Shown: piece after piece, positions 56,093 to 64,000 of the stretch | How the letters are laid out: every line of letters begins with the position of its first letter | Numbering within the stretch: the first letter of the stretch is position 1 | Assembly (NCBI RefSeq): GCF_006345805.1 | Contig: NC_043008.1 | Span: 30,566,001-30,630,000, forward strand | Reading direction: 5' to 3' | Source of the DNA: Octopus sinensis | Lineage: Eukaryota | Length of the DNA: 64,000 bases | Program-made: the position numbers and the translations under genes | Notes under the pieces: model-generated | What the model was told of the DNA's origin: nothing | What the model saw: only the letters and a program-made list of their open reading frames with translations | The model's database searches: none

Positions 56093-57071
56093 GTATATGT
56101 AAGTATGTATGTATCTATGTATGTATCCATGTATGTATTTATGTATGTATATATCCATGTATGTATGATTGTGTGTATGTATATATGTTTTTATGTATGT
56201 ATGCATGTATGAAAATACTTATTGTTTGTGAGAAATGACATGGCAGAGGAAACGTGATGAATCTATGATTTTCCTTTCATACATAGAATTCTTTAAGATT
56301 CGTGCTCAGAAGCAAGACATTTTATTTTTTATTTTATTGTTATTGTTGTTGTTAATTTTCGTTTGCTTGTATAGTGTTTACGTACATTGGTTGTTTGCGT
56401 CGTTGTTGTTATTCTCACCGTAGTTGCTGCTGCTGTTTTCTCTATCTGTTTGCATTTTTTTCCGACATCGTTGGTCTTTATAAAACAGATACGCGGATGT
56501 CTGATCTGTTTTGTAATTAATCAAAGCGTGCTATATCGGAGTCGAATAAGTAACTATTTTAAAATGCAAGTTATTTTATTTAAGCTGATTTTCTTTTATT
56601 TCATTTTAAGATTGTTGTTTTAAATTTACTGAATACTCTCGTGTCTGTTTAAATTTCGTTTATTTCAAACCAAATCATAAATTTATTTTCATTAGGGCAT
56701 GAACCATTGTTTCGTCTCTCGTTGTTTTGTGGGTCTTTTCGCTTTTTTAGAAATTGGGTTGAAGTCGTCCTTGTTGATTTTAGAATAACTTAGAGATACC
56801 TATTCTTTTAATCGAGGGAATATACGTTTTTACTTTCTATGGCATAGTCATAGGAGATAAGTAGACCTCCATGATTGTTTTCATGACCACCGAGACCCAT
56901 GAACGGAAGTCAAATGAGGAAGAGGCCACTATAATGCAGACGAGTGCAGTGATATATCGAAAATGATACAAACTTGCAATAATGCAGACACCACTAATTG
57001 TAGCTCAAACCCAACGTATCAGTGCTGTTAAACCTGTTGCCTGATTAAGTTTTGGACAGTGATGTGCTATA

Positions 57072-57124
57072 AGTAGACTGTTTTTATTTATTTCTTTTTC
57101 CGCCTGGCTTCTAACTACTCGAAT
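57072..57124. repeat. 53-bp exact direct repeat, copy 1
   Basis: agtagactgtttttatttatttctttttccgcctggcttctaactactcgaat, identical at 58497-58549. Confidence 0.9.
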
Positions 57125-57269
57125 CTATAAGATTGTAAGGATCAAGAAGTGGGTAGTACCAAATTTTTGTAGAACCTCGATAACATCTCTCAATTTAGAA
57201 AAATTAAGTATACGCACAGGTTTGACCGTGTGATGAAGAAGTTCCTTTTGCAGCCACCTCTTTCGGGGT

Positions 57270-57560
57270 CAGTCTCACTGGACAACTATCTTTTACTATA
57301 TCTTGGGCCGATCAATGCCATTTGAGTGAATTTGATGGACGGAGACTTTATGGAAACCGATCGTATAAATTCATGTTTGTCTTTGTGTCTGTATTTGCCC
57401 ACCCCACTGTTGACCAGTGGGGTGGGCGTTACGGCAAAAGTATTAGATAGAATAAGTAAGAGAGATTAAAAATAATTACTGGAATCGATTTCTTCACTTT
57501 ACAAGGTGGTACCCTGATATGGCTTGCAATTCTGTGATTAAAGCAAGTAAAAGTTAAAAG
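57270..57560 (+). mobile_element. Highly degenerate family-A SINE
   Basis: ttcggggtcagtctcactggacaac...cttgggccgatcaatgcc...gaataagtaag...caaggtggtaccctgatatggc. Confidence 0.5.
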
Positions 57561-57805
57561 GTAAAAGGTATTCATCATGAGTGTCTTTTTTAAATATGTA
57601 TTTTTAAAATTTTATATCATTTAATTTGATATTTTTACCTATCAGATATCGTATTTTTCAGTCAAGAGTGAAGGGCCGTTGCCACGACTGTTTACAGAGT
57701 CACTGAATTTCTCTATCAGTTTTAGAACCTTTATTCTTACTAGTGAGAGTGGTATGTTATTCACATCATAAGAATTTACAAGCTCTGGAGAGAATTAGCA
57801 TAGGA

Positions 57806-58190
57806 TATGTAGGAGTGGCTGTGTGGTAAGTAGCTTGATTACCAGCCCCATGGTTCCGGGTTCAGTCCCACTGCATGGCACCTTGGACAAGTGTATTCTA
57901 CTAAAGCCTCGAGCCGACCAAAGCCTTGTGAGTAGATTTGACAGATGGAAACTAAAAGAAGCTCGTCGTATATATGTATATATATATATGTACGTGTGTG
58001 TATATGTTTGTGTATCTGTGTTTGTCTCCCCAACATCGCTTGTCAACCGATGGTGGTGTGTTTACGTCCCCGTAACTTAACGATAGAATAAGTACTAGGC
58101 TTACAAAGAATAAGTCCTGGGTCGATTTGCTCGACTAAAGGTGCTGCTCCAGCATAGCCACAGTCAAATGACTGGAACCAGTAAAAGAGT
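57806..58190 (+). mobile_element. Near full-length family-A tRNA-derived SINE
   Basis: aggagtggctgtgtggtaagtagcttg (A box), ggttcagtccc (B box), internal TA/TG SSR, 3' gtgctgctccagcatagccacagtcaaatgactggaaccagtaaaagag. Confidence 0.9.
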
Positions 58191-58496
58191 ATATATATAT
58201 ATATATATATCATAGTTTTTGTCCTTATTTTAACTGAAATCAGTTTTGTAGTAAAGCATTGAGTTTTAATAGTATTTAGTCGACACTGGCGGGGTACAAT
58301 GTTGTAATTATATATTGTAGAACAGGGCACAAATATGTTAGTGCAGTCGCTGTTATAGTATCTATGCCAGTTATATAAGGCTTCAGTTTAAGCTGCGCAT
58401 TTGTGAAATTAATAAATTAATATTGTTGATGATGTTTTTCCCCAGGTCATCTGTGGTCGAGTATACCTATGATCAAATGTATCTCAGTATTCGTTC

Positions 58497-58549
58497 AGTA
58501 GACTGTTTTTATTTATTTCTTTTTCCGCCTGGCTTCTAACTACTCGAAT
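58497..58549. repeat. 53-bp exact direct repeat, copy 2
   Basis: Identical to 57072-57124. Confidence 0.9.
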
Positions 58550-59752
58550 TTGTTTTTCATCCTCTGGAGTACAAGGTGTATACTACAATTCATTTAGTTC
58601 TGGTTTTCGTTTTAATTACAAATAAACACTGATGGAGCAGATTTATAATCAAACGCATTCTAACTATAACAATCACATCTTCCTTCAGGCAAAGAGTATC
58701 TAGGACTACGCTATACAATTTATCTTTCCATTCTTCGAAAGGGTATGATGTGAATGCAGTGGAGCCCAATGAATGCGTTGATAAATTTCATATTACACGG
58801 ACGTTAATTTTGGATTTTAGCTCTTTTGCATACCAGCTGTGAACTGAAGTTGGTTTGATATGGTGGATTTATGTTTGCATTATTGTAAAAACGAGGAGCG
58901 TGTGGAGTGCGTGCGTATGAGCGCTTGTGTTGTTTGCATACGCGCGTATGTGTGTATGTGTATGACAAGATTAATTTAAAGGTTTGCGTAATTGTCAGCG
59001 AATCTGAACCATCTTTGAAAAATAGACTCTTATTGAACAGAATTCATGAGATAATTTGTGCAGCTTAATTACTTTCGAGATTTAATCAAGAGAATTCAAT
59101 AGCTAGCGTAGTTTGGGAGCAATTTCATAGATTATAATTACTTCTTTAGTTCTTGACGGTATGAGCACCTGTTGTGTCTTCGATTTCATGGATTTAGACA
59201 GTATAGAACAAAATTAGACAGCTCTGAGTGTAAACTTTAGTCGCTCTTTCTATTCCCATTTCAAATACTTCTAGGAAGTATTCTAAGCTGCATTATCTTG
59301 AAAGTATATTATATTCCCGTTATACCCAAGATTTAGAGTGCTTATGAAACGCCCAACGTGAAGTAATGGAAGAGTGCTCAATTCTAAGAATGCAAATTTA
59401 TACTGCTTCTCGAAGTACATAAATCAATAAATGATAACATGTAAATATCGAAAAGTCCTTTTGGATAGAAATCGTCAAAGGATGCTCGTAGGATACGATC
59501 CACATCTCCTGTAAACATGTCCGGCGTTTTACTATTGGGCCAAAGAAATCCTTCGAATGGCGCTTTCCGTTTAAGAAACTTTAAGTTCACTATTAAAGTC
59601 ATAAGAATTTAGAAACTTTGAGAGAACGTGGAATAATAACGTTTTGCAACACTGGTTCTTGAAACTCATAAACTACAAACAATAGCTTGTAAATATTGAA
59701 TGGAGGATCCGTTTTGGATAGAAAACGACGAAGATTGCTCTTCCATTTTCCT

Positions 59753-59791
<39 letters not shown>

Positions 59792-59795
<4 letters not shown>

Positions 59796-59945
59796 GGAGT
59801 AAACACATAAATGTGAAACAAGGTGGAAAAAAGAGTACTCAAATACCAGTGGTAGAGTAATAGCAAAAACTGTCTGATGAACGGCAACGAGAAACTCAGA
59901 GTAACAGATTTTGTTGAATTTTCTGCTGCTTAAAATAAAGTATAT
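59792..59945. mobile_element. Probable Penelope-like pLTR fragment inside (TA)n
   Basis: Short unique island between TA tracts that contains the hammerhead motif. Confidence 0.55.
59865..59912 (+). ncRNA. Minimal type I hammerhead ribozyme motif
   Basis: aaaaacugu-CUGAUGA-acg[gcaa]cga-GAAAC-ucaga-GUA-acagauuuu; all core nucleotides present, stem I cugu/acag (plus aaaa/uuuu), GNRA-capped stem II with an A.A at its first pair, near-palindromic stem III acuc-a-gagu; predicted cleavage after 59903. Confidence 0.75.
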
Positions 59946-59954
59946 ATATATATA

Positions 59955-59995
<41 letters not shown>

Positions 59996-60161
59996 CATGT
60001 ATATGTATATATTTTATATATCTATATATATATACATATATATATTCATTTTTTAAATGTCTTGCTTTGAAGAACTGCATTTGGTATGATTAGTATAATT
60101 TTGGTAGTAATGACTTTGTCCCTCTTAGTGTGAGGCATTTATGTGTAATAATGCCCTCTAT

Positions 60162-60239
<78 letters not shown>

Positions 60240-61162
60240 CATAATAATAGATATATATAGATGAGATGAGAGAGAGAGAGAGGAGAGAGAGAGAGAGGAG
60301 AGAGAGATACATGTATACATATATATAAATTTACAAGGTAATATATACAGAAATATATACATATTTTACAAACAATTTAACAAATAGTACATAAGGTAAA
60401 TACTAATTTTTGAATGAATGCATTACAAAAGAACTAGACAATACTGCAAGCCGTAGAGGGTTACTTTGCTTTACACATGCATATATATCAAAACTAATTG
60501 CATAAATATCTCAGGGTGTGACTGATCTTGTATTACACTCTCACCAGACTAAAAGCATATTGTCGTTTGACTTTCGAAATCTGGTTGAAAATATTGCAAA
60601 TTTGTGGTGTGCAAAAAACCTGTGGTAGCTGATAAGAAACTATCAAACAACTCGCAGTTCAAAGATGGAACTAACTTTGTAAGCAAGGAATATACAACTG
60701 AGGATGTTTATCAATTTTTAGCAATCAAAAGGTTTATTGGTGTATGTGGGCAGTTTTGTGTGCATTTGGTAGGAAAGAATAGAAGATGATGGAAAGAGAG
60801 AAAGGAATGTTAACGATAAAGGTGAGGGAGGAGTGTGTGTTGACTTATATATTTGTTGCTCCCAAAGATAGTACTATATCGCTCGAAGGAATGAACACTT
60901 GAACCATGATCCACCTGATGTATATGTATACTTCGGACTATAGTGCTATCATTCCAGAAATAAGGACCATTATCGTAAGAAACATGTGATTTTGTGGACT
61001 CGCACGTAGTGATGTATTAAGATAATTTTATAAATTCCATACATCGATAATTATTATGAGAGATTACGTACACATCCATATCCTATACCCATATATGCAT
61101 ATGTAGATACATATATAAGTATGTACATGTATGTATGAATTATGCATATATATATACATGTA

Positions 61163-61371
61163 AAATAATAGTTATCGCCATACTAATATGGCATTCTTAT
61201 AAAAATAAGAATAAAGCTGTCCGCTTATTAGCTCCATTGTTCGAAGGTTATATGGATACAGTTTGTGTATCAAATAGCTAACTTAAGGCGATGGCCTCAT
61301 GGAGCTAATAAGCGGACAGCTTTTCTTATTTTTATAAGAATGCCATATTAGTATGGCGATAACTATTATTT
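61163..61371. mobile_element. Fold-back/MITE with ~75-bp near-perfect arms and a 61-bp spacer
   Basis: 61163-61237 is the reverse complement of 61299-61371 apart from a small indel (aagaataaagctg vs aagaaaagctg). Confidence 0.9.
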
Positions 61372-61557
61372 CCAGGAACGCTGCCGTGTTCTCTTTTAGA
61401 GAGACTTAGTAATTTTAATATTTCTATTATATACATGTATATATACATATATACATACATGCATATATATATATTACATATATACGTACATGCATATATA
61501 TATATACATATATACGCATATATATACATATATTTATATGCAGATATACATACATGC

Positions 61558-61621
<64 letters not shown>

Positions 61622-61628
<7 letters not shown>

Positions 61629-61810
61629 AATATAAGAGAGTGTCCACTATGTGGTCGTCTGGTGCGCTAAAAATAGATCCGCTATGGTCTCAACCACCAA
61701 GAATTGGGCTAATTCTCCTTGGAAACAATTCTTGGTGGTTGAGACCATAGCGGATCTATTTTTAGCGCAAGAGTCGACCACATAGTGAACACTCTCTTAT
61801 ATTCGTGTAT
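61622..61810. repeat. Long hairpin with ~85-bp arms and a 19-nt loop
   Basis: 61622-61706 vs 61726-61810; differences are confined to one 5-nt block and two single bases. Confidence 0.9.
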
Positions 61811-61932
61811 TAATTTTTACTGTATCCCTGGTTTTTATGCGCTAAACCACTTGGTGTTAAATTGATGTTATCCACACACACACACACACACACACATACA
61901 CACACACACACACACATACATACATATATATA

Positions 61933-61964
<32 letters not shown>

Positions 61965-62999
61965 GTATCAAATGAAATAAAAAACAGAACACAAAAGATG
62001 TCGCGGTACACATGTTTCGAGCATTATAAAACAACTTATTCTTACATCAATGTATAATCGACATAACAAATAGTTTAAAGCCCTTTTCAGCCGCATGCAA
62101 TTGCTACACCAAAGACTTGTATCACATTATGAAAGGTCTGAAAAAGAACATTTAGTATTATTTATAATGGTAGGTAAATTGAGTATCACTGAGAAAGAAT
62201 GTTTGTAAATCTTCATAATCAAATAGGTGTACAGGGTATTATTGGACGCTAAAAAACCGCCCATACCGTTTCTCACTCAATATAGAGTGAATGCTGGGTA
62301 CATAAACATATAAGTACTCAAACATACATATATCAATATATATCACCATTGTGACTGTATCTGTACATATTGATGCATGTTTCTCTCTATGCATTGATAT
62401 GCGTGCGAATTGTGAATCAGTATGTAGATTTCAATATATATCTTAAAATAAAGTTAGATCTTGCTTTTAATTTTTGAAGATGTTTCCGTAAAAGAGATGT
62501 TTAAAATTCAGTTTAATGATAGTTTTGTTAACTGAGTTTTTGAAACATATCATGTTGTGTTCCGCTTATTCTCTCTTTCTTTGGGGGGATTTTTTTTACC
62601 CATTGTTTCCGTTTTGCATTTCTTTCATTCGTATCGCTTTTATTGGTTCATAACCGAAAATAAACACGTATCTCGAAGAGAACCGAGATAGCAAAAATTT
62701 CTTTACATAGCTTATACGGTGCCAGTGAATGCATTTATATTAACAATTGATAAGGGTGATGCACTTATTGCATGAAAATGTATTTGCGAAAAGCAGTAAC
62801 TGATATTTTAAGATGCTGTTGAAATAGAAAGTGAAAAATATAAGTATTCCATAAGTATAAAAATGTTTAACGTAACGCTTCAATTATATACAATATGAAA
62901 GAGTAGAATGCACATTTCTGATTGGTTACTTATTTCTATTTCAATTTTCATATATTTTGTGCTTTTATTATTCGTACAACACATCTCCATTGCTTGTCC

Positions 63000-63336
63000 T
63001 TCCCTCTCATAATTTCTCTTTCTCAATTTATCGCGATCACTATATTTCTATCACTCCCCTCTCTTTTTCTGTCTCTCTCCCTCTGCCTTTCCCTCTCTCT
63101 CTCACTCTTTCTCTCTCTCTCCCTCTCTCTCCCTTTCTCTCTCCCTCTCTCTCTCTCCCTCTGTGTCTGTTTCTCTCCTCTGCACGTATATATTGATATA
63201 TGAACGTATGTATGTGTATTTACGTAATTGTATGTGTATTTCAGAATGCATGCACATATATATGAAAGTGCATATATACATATATCTATATAGATATATA
63301 TATTTGTACACACACACACATACACATATATACATA

Positions 63337-63387
<51 letters not shown>

Positions 63388-63600
63388 GTGTGTGTATATA
63401 TACCGAAGAATGTATGCGTAAGCCTAAACAAAAATGAAAATATACATGAACCTTACTTATATATATGTCTGTGTGCGTGTGTGTGTGTGTGTGTATACAC
63501 GCATATACACGTGCGCACACTCACACACAAACACACACTCACGCACGCACACACACACACATACACCCATATGTATGTATGTATATATATAATGTAAATT
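63000..63600. repeat. Compound (CT)n/(TA)n/(CA)n low-complexity region
   Basis: Seen directly. Confidence 0.9.
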
Positions 63601-63817
63601 TAAGTGTTATGAGTGATTACGTACACATCCATTAGTGCAATAATTAAATAATATAAAAGTACTACAATAACGAAAACATTACAAAAGTACTAAACAAGAA
63701 AATAATCGAGAACTGATCCAAAAACAAATTATATTAGTATATTTGTATGTTTCTGTTTTATATCGAAATATATTTATACATACGTATGTGTGTGTAAATA
63801 TATATATCAATATATAT

Positions 63818-63875
<58 letters not shown>

Positions 63876-64000
63876 TATATCGTATTTAGATAGACAGACA
63901 GATATGTATAAGTTAATAACCTTATTGCATGGTTTCCAAAGACCTTCTCCGGGTGTCGGTTAACAAAATGCTATCATAAAATAGGACTTCTATTACTAGA

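Noticed and set aside
58443-58500. Plus-strand exon after tttttccccag
   Set aside because: Resembles the antisense of a dispersed repeat 3' end, weakly similar to 32870-32935
59599-59808. Mariner-like N-terminus (RAIFVVFY, LLFVVYEFQ)
   Set aside because: Only a few residues match; no TIRs or DD(34)D domain
60604-60789. piggyBac-like motif (TTEDVYQFLAI)
   Set aside because: Too short; no TTAA-flanked TIRs or catalytic motifs

Overview
AT-rich, microsatellite-saturated eukaryotic DNA. The SINE families look like those I recall from octopus (coleoid cephalopod) genomes; that assignment is an inference. I cannot support any intact, recognisable protein-coding gene. Almost all ORFs in the track are translations of simple repeats or antisense readings of decayed retroelements. 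The window does contain: (i) many tRNA-derived SINE copies of at least four families; (ii) 3' remnants of two different restriction-like-endonuclease (RLE, R4/Dong-type) non-LTR retrotransposon families, one ending in (TAA)n and one repeatedly sitting in (CATA)n; (iii) Penelope-like element (PLE) remnants (RT and GIY-YIG motifs) and PLE-type minimal hammerhead ribozyme motifs, two nearly intact (10593-10638, 59865-59912) and three degenerate; (iv) five long fold-back/MITE-like inverted repeats and a Helitron-like element; (v) a tandemly duplicated, probably decayed terminal exon (41381-41521, 42441-42580) and a low-confidence chain of minus-strand exons. The most interesting themes are the hammerhead motifs, an apparent set of microsatellite-specific retroelements, and long hairpins that could be ADAR or siRNA substrates. 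Repeat boundaries are approximate unless stated.
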